Positions 1 through 7,398 of a stretch of DNA of 22,219 nt are shown here, piece by piece. Source of the stretch: Spirochaetales bacterium (GTDB lineage Bacteria; Spirochaetota; Spirochaetia; JABEVK01); NCBI GenBank assembly GCA_037142615.1, contig JBAXAI010000051.1:1-22219 (forward strand). Direction: 5' to 3'. The translations under genes were made by a program, and so were the position numbers. Position 1 is the first letter of the stretch, and the number at the start of each line of letters is the position of its first letter. The notes beneath the pieces are model-generated. The model did not search any database. It was not told where the DNA came from and saw only the letters and a program-made list of their open reading frames with translations.

Positions 1-81
1 ATCACCGTTCAGCATTAGTGGGAATTCGCGTCCGCTACTCCGACAGGCTCCTAGCAGCGCCGCTAGAGTTCTTCGTAACAT
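1..81 (-). CDS. 5' end of a gene (MLRRTLAALLGACRSSG...) running off the window edge; probably an exported protein, possibly interrupted after about codon 10
   Basis: ATG at 81-79 preceded by GATTCGGAGGTGAATC, the same leader/SD as the beta-barrel genes at 3418 and 9923; basic then hydrophobic N-terminus; frame open to position 1. Confidence 0.5.
   Translation of the reverse strand, partial: MLRRTLAALLGACRSSGREFPLMLNGD
36..54. mobile_element. possible terminal inverted repeat of an IS/MITE (TACTCCGACAGGCTC) next to a CTAG target
   Basis: Reads CTAG-GAGCCTGTCGGAGTA on the minus strand, resembling (from memory) termini of CTAG-targeting IS5-like elements; the signal-peptide-like run of the 81-start gene breaks here; the other end is not visible. 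Confidence 0.3.
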
Positions 82-97
82 GATTCACCTCCGAATC
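78..97. repeat. 20-bp leader/RBS repeat, copy A (ACATGATTCACCTCCGAATC)
   Basis: Identical to 3415-3434; 18 bp also match 9920-9937. Confidence 0.9.
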
Positions 98-115
98 TTT
101 TTGATCCAAACGTTC

Positions 116-193
116 TTCGAAAAGCTCCAGCTGACCACCCTGGCCGACCTCCTCAAGTGGGGGATCAAGGCCGGGGTGATCGTGCTGGATTGA
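116..193 (+). pseudogene. C-terminal fragment of a LuxR/NarL-family HTH regulator
   Basis: Translates FEKLQLTTLADLLKWGIKAGVIVLD*, resembling the final helices of GerE/LuxR domains; no upstream recognition helix or receiver domain. Confidence 0.6.
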
Positions 194-194
194 A

Positions 195-2852
195 CTAGAA
201 CTTCAGAACGCGGTTGCCGATGTAGTCGGCGACCCAAATGTGTCCGGTGGAATCCACCGCCACGCCTTCCGGGTCACGGAACGTGCTTGCTGACGCAGTG
301 CCGGTCACGGTCGAGGTGAAGTCCGGTGCCCCCAGGACCTTGTCAGCCGGAGTCAGAGAAGTGGTGGGGATGCTGTTGTAGATGTAGATTCGTGAGCCTG
401 CTGTCCCGCCTCCCATTGGAACGGCGACCAATAGCCGGCCAAACTTGTCGACCGTGAGTTTCACATTCATTGACCCATTGAAGTTGAGCCTGGCTGCATC
501 GAAATCAACGTTGGTTCTGCTGGACATGTCTGACTGTCCGATCACAACGTCCGCTGCCTGGCCGTACGTCGTGGGGAACGAGTTCCAAACCAAGATGCGG
601 TTGTTGCCTTGGTCCAGCACCAAGACCTTGGTGCCGTCGCTCCAGACCTGCGTGGGATAACGTAGCGTACTCGAATTGGTGGTCGACGAGAAGGTGTTGG
701 CCGATGAAGGAGTAGTGAAACCGGACTGACCCAGCACCATATCGGCGGCCTGGTTATTGTTCGTGGGGATGGAGTTATAGATCAGCACGCGGTGATAGGA
801 GAAGTCGGCGACGAGGAGTTTTGTACCGACGATGGCAACGCCATAGGGATCCATGCTCGATGCTGAGGTCGCGGGGATACCGCTGGTGACATAATCGGAG
901 TGCCCCAAGACCACGTCGGCAGGCTGACCATCCGAGGTCGGGATCGTGTTCCAGATGAGCACACGGGCGTTCCCTTGGTCTGCTACCACGAGGTGGGTAC
1001 CGTCACTGGCAACACCCTGGGGGGCGCTCAATCCCGACTGGGTTGTTGCGGCAAGAGAACTGGTCTTGTTGCTTTGACCAACGACAACATCGCAGCTCTG
1101 GTAGGTCGAGGTAGGAATGCTGTTGTAAATCAAGACCCTGTTGCCAACGATGCTAGTGACGAAAAGTTTCCCACCGGCAAAGACCAGGTCATTCGGGCGG
1201 GCGATGGTCTTGGCGTTCGTGCCGCTGCTACTTGAGGTGAAATCGGCCTGCCCCAGCACCAACGAGGCGCTCATGCCGTTAGTCAGCACAGGCATCGTCG
1301 ATGCCTTCACCGTGACAGAAAAAGTCTTCGTGACCGAGGTGCCGCCCGTCATGCTGAACGTTGCGGTCAGGGTCACTGTGGCGTCGGTCGAAGTCGGCTG
1401 AGTCACGGTGCCGGTGGTCGAAATCACGCTGGTGTCGCTCGACGCCCACGTGATCGTGGTTCCGCTATCGCCAGAGGTCGGCAGAGTCAGGTTGCCGGTG
1501 ACGTTGGACGTGTCCGCGTTGCTCCCCAGTATCGAGGTGGAGGTCAGGGCCGCCTTATCGTCGGCAAGGGCTTCGGTAGGGTCGCTCGACAGGGGCTGGA
1601 CCACGATGGTGAACGTCTTTGTTTCGGAGGTGCCGCCAGATTTGGTGACGGTCGCGGTCAGGGTGACGGTTTTGGGGCTGCCTCCGACGGCAGGCCGGGT
1701 GATGGTGCCGCCCGTACTGACCGTTCCGGGATCGCTCGAAGTCCAGGTGATTGCGGTGCCGCCGGGTCCTGCTGTTGGTAAGGTCAAGTCGCTGGTCACC
1801 ACGTCGAGTCCCTGGCTGGTCCCCTTGATCACGTTGTCCACCAAGGTTGCCTGGTCGTCGGCAATGGCTTCGGTGGCGTCCGCCGGAGTGGCCTCGACGG
1901 TGACGGTGAAAGTCTTGGTAGTCGTGGTGGTGCCGTTGGTGATGGTGGCCGTGAGAGTGACGGTCTTGGACGCTTCACCGATGCCGGGCCGAGTGAGGAT
2001 TCCGCTGGTTCCAATGGTGCCTGTCGGGTCGGAGCTCCAACTGATGGACGAGCCGCCGGGGCCACTGGTCGGAAGGTAGAGAGGTCCCTTCAGGTGCCCC
2101 AGGTCGGGGCTTCCACCCGCCAGCAGGGCCGACGTGAGGGCGGCCTTGTCGTCAGCGGCAGCAGTCGCCGAGTCGCTCGACATCGGCTGCACAATCACGG
2201 TGAAGGTCTTGGTCTCCTGCGTACCGCCCGACTTGGTGAGGGTCGCGGTCAGCACGACGGTCTTGGCGGGCTGGCCGGCAGCAGGCCTGCTGACGTTGCC
2301 CGACGACGAGAGGGTACCGGCCGTGTCACTGGCCCAGCTGATCGTGGTCCCGCTCGGACCCTTGGAGGGCAGGTTCAGCGGACCTTTGACGGTGTTCAGG
2401 TCGGCGTTGGGTCCCTTGAGAATGGCCTCGACCAGCGTGGCCTTGTCGTCGGTGATGGCCACGGTCGGGTCGCTGGGGATCGCCGTGACCTTGACCGTGA
2501 AGGTCTTGGTGGCCGTGACGCCGTTCTTGGTGATCGTGGCCGTGAGAGTGACCGTCGCGTCGGCCGCGCCGACCTCTGGTCGGGTCACCACGCCGGTGGC
2601 CGACACAGTCCCCGGGGTGTCGCTGCTCCACGTGACCGTGGTGTCGTTGGTGCCGAGCTCGGGCAGCAGCAGGTTGCCCTTGACCGCGCTCAGGTCGGCC
2701 TGTCCGGCGCCGATGAGCGCTGGAGTCAGGCTGTTGGCGGTCGAGACGCCGTCCGGGCTCAGCCCGCCGGCGGTCAGATCATTGATCATGTTCGAGCAGG
2801 CGCTCAGGGCCAGCAGGCCCAGGGCCGTGGCAAGGGTTGCGAGGAGTTTCAT
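195..2852 (-). CDS. 885-aa surface lipoprotein: lipobox, five Ig-like (atrophied Big-type) repeats, C-terminal NHL-repeat beta-propeller
   Basis: MKLLATLATALGLLALSA-C lipobox; ATG overlaps the upstream stop (ATGA 2852-2849); five ~95-100 aa repeats LxLPxxGxxxxxI/VxWxS...VxLTAT...TKTFxVxV; C-terminal repeats such as VADQGNARVLIWNTIPT..ADVVLG. Confidence 0.88.
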   Translation of the reverse strand: MKLLATLATALGLLALSACSNMINDLTAGGLSPDGVSTANSLTPALIGAGQADLSAVKGNLLLPELGTNDTTVTWSSDTPGTVSATGVVTRPEVGAADATVTLTATITKNGVTATKTFTVKVTAIPSDPTVAITDDKATLVEAILKGPNADLNTVKGPLNLPSKGPSGTTISWASDTAGTLSSSGNVSRPAAGQPAKTVVLTATLTKSGGTQETKTFTVIVQPMSSDSATAAADDKAALTSALLAGGSPDLGHLKGPLYLPTSGPGGSSISWSSDPTGTIGTSGILTRPGIGEASKTVTLTATITNGTTTTTKTFTVTVEATPADATEAIADDQATLVDNVIKGTSQGLDVVTSDLTLPTAGPGGTAITWTSSDPGTVSTGGTITRPAVGGSPKTVTLTATVTKSGGTSETKTFTIVVQPLSSDPTEALADDKAALTSTSILGSNADTSNVTGNLTLPTSGDSGTTITWASSDTSVISTTGTVTQPTSTDATVTLTATFSMTGGTSVTKTFSVTVKASTMPVLTNGMSASLVLGQADFTSSSSGTNAKTIARPNDLVFAGGKLFVTSIVGNRVLIYNSIPTSTYQSCDVVVGQSNKTSSLAATTQSGLSAPQGVASDGTHLVVADQGNARVLIWNTIPTSDGQPADVVLGHSDYVTSGIPATSASSMDPYGVAIVGTKLLVADFSYHRVLIYNSIPTNNNQAADMVLGQSGFTTPSSANTFSSTTNSSTLRYPTQVWSDGTKVLVLDQGNNRILVWNSFPTTYGQAADVVIGQSDMSSRTNVDFDAARLNFNGSMNVKLTVDKFGRLLVAVPMGGGTAGSRIYIYNSIPTTSLTPADKVLGAPDFTSTVTGTASASTFRDPEGVAVDSTGHIWVADYIGNRVLKF
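1295..2720 (-). repeat. five tandem Ig-like domain coding repeats (~290-300 bp unit; boundaries approximate)
   Basis: Recurring DDK/QAxL, LxLP, WxS, VTLTAT and TKTF motifs in the translation. Confidence 0.85.
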
Positions 2853-3418
2853 AGCGTGACCCCCAGGATGGTGGTGAACAGGAAGCCCGAGTTGCTGGTC
2901 TCGGCGAACCACTGGAAGCCGGGGCTGACGAAGAACGCCACCGGCAAGCCGTCAACCTTGTATTGAGCCCGTACCTCGGTGGTGACCAGCGAGTCGTAGT
3001 ACAGGGCGCTCGAGGCAGTGTTGGCCAAGGGCAAGGTGCCGCTGAAGAGCGTGATCAGACCGCCGTAGCCGACCAGAGGCCGCACGCTGAGCCCCGGAAG
3101 AACCTCTTTGAGGTCGAAGTCGAAGCAGACGTTGAGCGACCATGGGATGCTGATCAGGCTGGTGGTGGCCGCACTCGTGCCGATCCAGTACACCGCTCCC
3201 GCCGCCACCTGGAAGCCCAGCGGTTCCAGCCCGGGGGCCTGCAACTGCGGGTTCATCGTGACCCGGGCGTCGAGCCCGGCGCCAAAAGGGGTCACGGAGG
3301 CAAAAGTGCCCACCGGCACGGCAGCGGTCGCCCCAAACTCAATTTCCAGGGCGCTGGCCAACGGCCCGCCCAGCAAGAACAAAGCCGCCAACAGGGGCAA
3401 TAAACGACGGATCGACAT
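2849..3418 (-). CDS. 189-aa exported protein, predicted small outer-membrane beta-barrel (copy 1)
   Basis: Signal peptide ending ASA; alternating amphipathic strands (ISIPWSLNVCFDF, LSVRPLVGYGG, TTEVRAQYKV, FLFTTILGVTL at the C-terminus); strong SD GGAGGTGA. Confidence 0.75.
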   Translation of the reverse strand: MSIRRLLPLLAALFLLGGPLASALEIEFGATAAVPVGTFASVTPFGAGLDARVTMNPQLQAPGLEPLGFQVAAGAVYWIGTSAATTSLISIPWSLNVCFDFDLKEVLPGLSVRPLVGYGGLITLFSGTLPLANTASSALYYDSLVTTEVRAQYKVDGLPVAFFVSPGFQWFAETSNSGFLFTTILGVTL

Positions 3419-3432
3419 GATTCACCTCCGAA
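3003..3432. repeat. 430-bp perfect direct repeat, copy 1 (partner 9508-9937)
   Basis: No mismatch found on by-eye comparison at offset 6505; first mismatches at 3002/9507 and 3433/9938. Confidence 0.9.
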
Positions 3433-3440
3433 TCATGTTA

Positions 3441-3487
3441 ACCCTACTGCACATGTTGGAGTTTTCGACATCGTAGAACTACGATGT
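3441..3487 (-). promoter_or_regulatory. putative activator-dependent promoter: -10 TAGGGT (3446-3441) and palindrome ACATCGTAG-AA-CTACGATGT (3468-3487)
   Basis: Palindrome core conserved at 9973-9988 at nearly the same distance from a similar -10, while the intervening sequence differs. Confidence 0.65.
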
Positions 3488-3508
3488 TGGGTGGGGGAAA
3501 CTACGCGC

Positions 3509-3540
3509 TTGCCTAATTTGACCAATTTGACTAGTTTTGA
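3509..3540 (+). promoter_or_regulatory. TA promoter TTGCCT-17-TAGTTT with tandem operator-like repeats AATTTGACC/AATTTGACT
   Basis: Sigma70-like spacing; direct repeats overlap the spacer and -10, as is common for antitoxin autoregulation. Confidence 0.6.
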
Positions 3541-3555
3541 TTGACGAGGCCCACC

Positions 3556-3780
3556 ATGCAAACCGCCACCGTGTACGAAGCCAAGACCAACCTTTCGAGC
3601 CTGATCAAGCAGGTGGAGCAGTCGCACGAGCGCATTGTGATCACCAAGCACGGCCACCCGGTGGCGGAACTGGGCCCTGTGACACGGAAGTCCCGTCTGG
3701 TCACTGACCCGCAATTGGCGGCCCTTCGCATGGACTACGACCCGACGTTGCCCACCGAGGAAGAATGGGGACCGCTATGA
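3556..3780 (+). CDS. Phd/YefM-family antitoxin
   Basis: MQTATVYEAKTNLSSLIKQVE...IVITKHGHPVAEL motif; GAGG SD; stop overlaps the toxin start. Confidence 0.92.
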   Translation: MQTATVYEAKTNLSSLIKQVEQSHERIVITKHGHPVAELGPVTRKSRLVTDPQLAALRMDYDPTLPTEEEWGPL

Positions 3781-4163
3781 AGAACCTGCTACTCGACACC
3801 TGCGCGCTGTTGTGGTTGGCCTCGGCCGACGCGGCGTTGTCACAAAGGGCAAGGTCGAGAATTGAGGACGCCGAACTGGTCTACGTGTCAGCGATTTCGG
3901 CCTGGGAAGTCGCGCTCAAGGCCAAAAAGGGCGAATTGGTGCTGCCAATCTCTGCCGATGAATGGTTCCGGCGCGCCGTGGAACAACACGGCATTGTGGT
4001 TCTCGCGTTGGGGACCGACGACCTGCTCGCGTCGGTGGCCCTCCCCGACCATCACCGCGATCCTGCCGACCGCTTTATTCTGGCCCAAGCCCTCGCGCAT
4101 GACCTGTGCGTCGTGACCTCCGACGCGATGTTTGCCAAGTATGGCGTCGAGACGGTGGTTTGA
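3777..4163 (+). CDS. vapC: VapC-family PIN-domain toxin
   Basis: LLLDTCALLW, YVSAISAWEV, HRDPADRFILAQA and VVTSD PIN motifs; ATGA coupling. Confidence 0.92.
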   Translation: MKNLLLDTCALLWLASADAALSQRARSRIEDAELVYVSAISAWEVALKAKKGELVLPISADEWFRRAVEQHGIVVLALGTDDLLASVALPDHHRDPADRFILAQALAHDLCVVTSDAMFAKYGVETVV

Positions 4164-4188
4164 CGAAAAAAGAGAACGCGGTTATACT
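4160..4188 (+). promoter_or_regulatory. near-consensus sigma70 promoter TTGACG-17-TATACT for the second TA module
   Basis: -35 at 4160-4165, -10 at 4183-4188, AGGAG SD at 4196-4200. Confidence 0.75.
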
Positions 4189-4206
4189 CCTACATAGGAG
4201 TACCTT

Positions 4207-4533
4207 GTGAACGCCTTCGGGATCAAAGCCTTGCAGACAAACCCCTCGCTGCTCACCAAGTCTTTCGAGGCCGGCGAGTATTCACTGATCACAAAGCACG
4301 GGAACCCGATCGGGTTGGCTATTGGCTTCGATTCCCTGGTGATCGACGAAGGTCTCAAACGGTTCCTTGCCATCAAGGCCTTCGCCTCGGGCGACCTGAG
4401 CTTGGGCGAGTTGGCGCGGTGCCTGGGCCAGGATCGCGAGGCGACCATGCTGACTCTGGATGCCCTGGGAATTCCTGTCGCCGACTATGACTTTTCCGAG
4501 GACCTCAAAACCCTCGGAGCCTTGGGTTTGTGA
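4207..4533 (+). CDS. UPF0175-family putative antitoxin with a Phd-like N-terminus
   Basis: FASGDLSLGELARCLG...LDALGIPVADY motif; N-terminal SLITKHGNPIG; GTG start with AGGAG. Confidence 0.8.
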   Translation: MNAFGIKALQTNPSLLTKSFEAGEYSLITKHGNPIGLAIGFDSLVIDEGLKRFLAIKAFASGDLSLGELARCLGQDREATMLTLDALGIPVADYDFSEDLKTLGALGL

Positions 4534-5018
4534 AAGCCCTCGTCGCCGACGCGACAGCTCTCCTTGTTCTCGCCAAGCTGGGGAAGCTGAACCTCCTGAA
4601 CCTCGTGTTCGATCAGGTTCTCGTGCCGTCGCAAGTGCTGGCTGAAGTTCGGCGCAAACCAGACCACGAAGCCGCCGTCTGGAACCAACCGTGGTTAACT
4701 CTGACCAATGGCACCCGAGAAAGCCGGTACCACGAACTTTGCCGCGTGCTCGACCCGGGCGAGAGCGAGGCCCTTGCGCTTGCCGTCCGGGAATCTCTCC
4801 CCCTGCTGATCGACGAGCGAAAAGGACGCACGGTGGCAACCCGGTTGGGCGTCGCCGTCGTGGGACTTTTGGGAATCCTTGTTGCACTGGTTCGGTCCGG
4901 CGGGCTTTCCGCTGACGAGGCGATTGCGCTGGTAGCGAAGGCACGGTCTCAGGGCTTTCGGGTCTCCGAAAGCCTGTACCAACAATTTGTCGAAGCTGTG
5001 CGATCGGTTCTGATATAG
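4530..5018 (+). CDS. DUF3368-containing PIN-like putative toxin (COG2405 type)
   Basis: VADATALLVL, LDPGESEALALA, LLIDERKGR, GLLGIL and GFRVSE motifs; GTGA overlap with the partner gene. Confidence 0.88.
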   Translation: MKALVADATALLVLAKLGKLNLLNLVFDQVLVPSQVLAEVRRKPDHEAAVWNQPWLTLTNGTRESRYHELCRVLDPGESEALALAVRESLPLLIDERKGRTVATRLGVAVVGLLGILVALVRSGGLSADEAIALVAKARSQGFRVSESLYQQFVEAVRSVLI

Positions 5019-5019
5019 A

Positions 5020-6015
5020 ACCGGGGCAACGTACCTGAGCGCCGACCATCCCCTCTTGAGTTCCGCGCCGTTGTTCGACTGGGTGGAGCGCCTGTTCCAA
5101 AAGGGCGTGCAACGGGTTCTGGTCGACGAAGTGCACCAGGCCAACCACTGGAGCTCGTCCCTCAAGGCACTTTACGACAGCTATCCCGACAAGTCTCTGT
5201 GGGCCTCAGGTTCCAGTTCGGTGCTTCTGGAAACCGGCGTTGCGGACCTTTCACGCCGCTTCCCCACCTACCGTATGCCCTTCCTCTCGTTCCGCGAGTT
5301 TCTGGTGCTCACCGGCTCGCCCGATTTCGGCGTGCACGATCCCTTTGCCCCCGACCAAAGCTGGGCCACAGCCGTGCTCAAGCAGGTGAACGTCCTGGCC
5401 CGCTTCGAGGAATTCCTGCAGAGGGGGAGCCGGCCCTTTTTCCTTGAGGGGGAGGCCAGCTACGGCATCAAGGTTCTTCAGACCATTCAGAAGACGCTGG
5501 AGTCCGACATTCCGCACTTGGTGGCCTCATTGCAGGTCAACCATCTGCACCTGATGAACGCCATTCTGGGGCACCTCGCCCAGGCTCCGATACCGACACT
5601 GGCGGTCAACTCGCTGTGCCGCGACTGGTCGCTCGGCAAAGAAAAACTGTACCAATTGCTGCAGGCTCTCGAACGGACGGGTGTGCTCCACGTGGTGCGC
5701 AAAGCCTCCGATCACGCCGCCGCGTCGGTCGGGGCCAAGATCTTTTTCGCCGACCCAAACCTGTATTCCGTACTCGCGGGAAAGGAGGGAAACACCCGCG
5801 AGGCCTACGTGGTGTCTGCGCTTCGCGACGCCGGGCGGCAGGTACAAGCCTCGACGGATGAAACCAAGGCCGACTTTGTGATCGATGGCCGGTTCACCGC
5901 AGAGGTCGGCGGGGCGCGCAAACACCACAAGGCCGCCGACTTCGTGCTCCGCGATGGCGCCGACTGGCCCGCCCCTGGCGTCATCCCGTTGTGGATGCTC
6001 GGGTTTGGGCATTGA
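5020..6015 (+). pseudogene. 5'-truncated AAA_14/DUF4143-type ATPase
   Basis: Has YLSADHP, Walker B VLVDEVH, SGSS, DLSRR and KIFFADP, but no Walker A; in-frame stop at 5011-5013 just upstream. Confidence 0.75.
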
Positions 6016-6024
6016 GGGATGTTC

Positions 6025-7314
6025 CTAGGCAAGGAGAAACCTGCGGATGGGCAGCACCCGGATTTCCTTTTCGCCCACGCGAATCAACTCGTCGGTGTCC
6101 CAGGTGATCAAGGTTGCCGTCGCCAGACCTTCCTCGTCCATGGCTTGGAGCAACGCCCTGACCTCGCGTGTACGCGCTTCGTCGTTCAAGTCCCACGCAA
6201 CCTGAATCAAGGCTGTTGCCTGATCTCCGCCGACGCGAAAGTCGACCTCGTAACCGCTTTTTGTTCGCAAGTAGTGAAGCGGCGCGGCCCGGCGCTTCAG
6301 ATGGCAGAACACGAGGTTTTCGAGCAGATACCCCCGCTTTTCGCTGAACGACGCGTCGCACGACACCGCCAGCGCGTGGTCCACCATATAGATCTTGCGG
6401 GCATTCACGTTCTGTTTGGCCAACGAACGGTCCCATAGCCGCACCGAGAACAGCACAAAGGCGTCCTCCAGCCAAGTCAGAACGTCGCTGACGAAATCCT
6501 TTTGCACCTTGAAACCGAGGCTGCGCAAATATTCGGTCAGCCGGTTGAGGGTATACAGGTTGGCCACGCTGGAAACCAGCTTTTCCGTGAGCTTGAGAAC
6601 GGCCTGCGGATGTGCGCAGTCGTGACGCTCGATGATGTCGCGGTACACCATGGTGCGCAGGTATTCCTGGTGAATGGCAACCCGGAGCTGGGAGCTCCCT
6701 TCGCGAACCTCGGGAAAACCGCCGCGCTCCCAGTAGTCTGTAAAGGCGTGGCGGACCAGCGATTCGTGCTTTGTGCCCGGCCGGTTCGCCTCGACCCCTC
6801 GGAAACGGAGGAACTCAGCGAGGCTGAATGGCCAGAGTTCACCGGTAAGCGCCCGCCCTCGCAACTCGGTGGCGATTTCGCGCGACAAAAGACGGGCCGA
6901 CGAACCCGTCAAGTAAAGCTGAACCCGCTCGGTGCGCAAAAAACGCTCGACGAAGAGCTCCCAACCGGTGGCTTCCTGGATCTCGTCGAAAAACGCGTAG
7001 ACCAGCTCCGAGCCGCGCTTTGACGGGAACAGACCGTAGTAGGCCGTCAGAATCAGCTCAAAGTCACCAGCACGCACCGCCTTGAGCCGGTCGTCCTGAA
7101 AGTTCACAAACAGGAAGTTCTCGCGGGCAACACCCTGAGCCAGCTTGTCGGTGGCAATCTGGTTCAAGAACGTCGACTTGCCCGCACGGCGCGGGCCGAT
7201 GCACACAAACACCTTCTTGGCCGCTTCCAGCGGCTCCAAAGTGCGGCGAACCGGGGGAGGCGCCAGCTGTGCCTGGCTGTCAACAATCAGATCGCGAAGG
7301 GTGTCGACTTCCAT
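6025..7314 (-). CDS. AAA_14 ATPase with DUF4143 and C-terminal nuclease-like fold (COG1373 type)
   Basis: Walker A GPRRAGKST, Walker B FFDEIQ, TGSS, GGFPE, KIYMVD, ENLVF, EVDF...IQV. Confidence 0.92.
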   Translation of the reverse strand: MEVDTLRDLIVDSQAQLAPPPVRRTLEPLEAAKKVFVCIGPRRAGKSTFLNQIATDKLAQGVARENFLFVNFQDDRLKAVRAGDFELILTAYYGLFPSKRGSELVYAFFDEIQEATGWELFVERFLRTERVQLYLTGSSARLLSREIATELRGRALTGELWPFSLAEFLRFRGVEANRPGTKHESLVRHAFTDYWERGGFPEVREGSSQLRVAIHQEYLRTMVYRDIIERHDCAHPQAVLKLTEKLVSSVANLYTLNRLTEYLRSLGFKVQKDFVSDVLTWLEDAFVLFSVRLWDRSLAKQNVNARKIYMVDHALAVSCDASFSEKRGYLLENLVFCHLKRRAAPLHYLRTKSGYEVDFRVGGDQATALIQVAWDLNDEARTREVRALLQAMDEEGLATATLITWDTDELIRVGEKEIRVLPIRRFLLA

Positions 7315-7340
7315 AGTGGTGGAATTATACACCGATTACG

Positions 7341-7374
7341 AAACAAAGTGGAAGGAAATCCTTCCACTTTGTTT
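7341..7374. promoter_or_regulatory. perfect 16-bp-arm inverted repeat (operator and/or terminator)
   Basis: AAACAAAGTGGAAGGA-AA-TCCTTCCACTTTGTTT; lies just after the lipoprotein stop (7399) and over the -35 region belonging to TATAAT at 7329-7324. Confidence 0.7.
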
Positions 7375-7398
7375 TCGTTAGAACCCCGGCCGCGAGCC

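Noticed and set aside
2853-2912. ORF-track N-terminal extension of lipoprotein 1 (and 9358-9648 for lipoprotein 2)
   Set aside because: These overlap the barrel gene in another frame; the true starts are the ATGs with signal peptide and lipobox at 2852 and 9357
1408-2966. Long + strand ORFs opposite the lipoprotein (similarly 8393-9208, 16282-17301, 17520-18812, 19409-20413, 20965-22128 opposite other genes)
   Set aside because: Antisense shadows of high-GC coding sequence with no recognisable motifs
3515-3545. Short tandem repeats as a CRISPR array or iterons
   Set aside because: Only 2-3 units of about 9 bp without spacers; better explained as a TA operator
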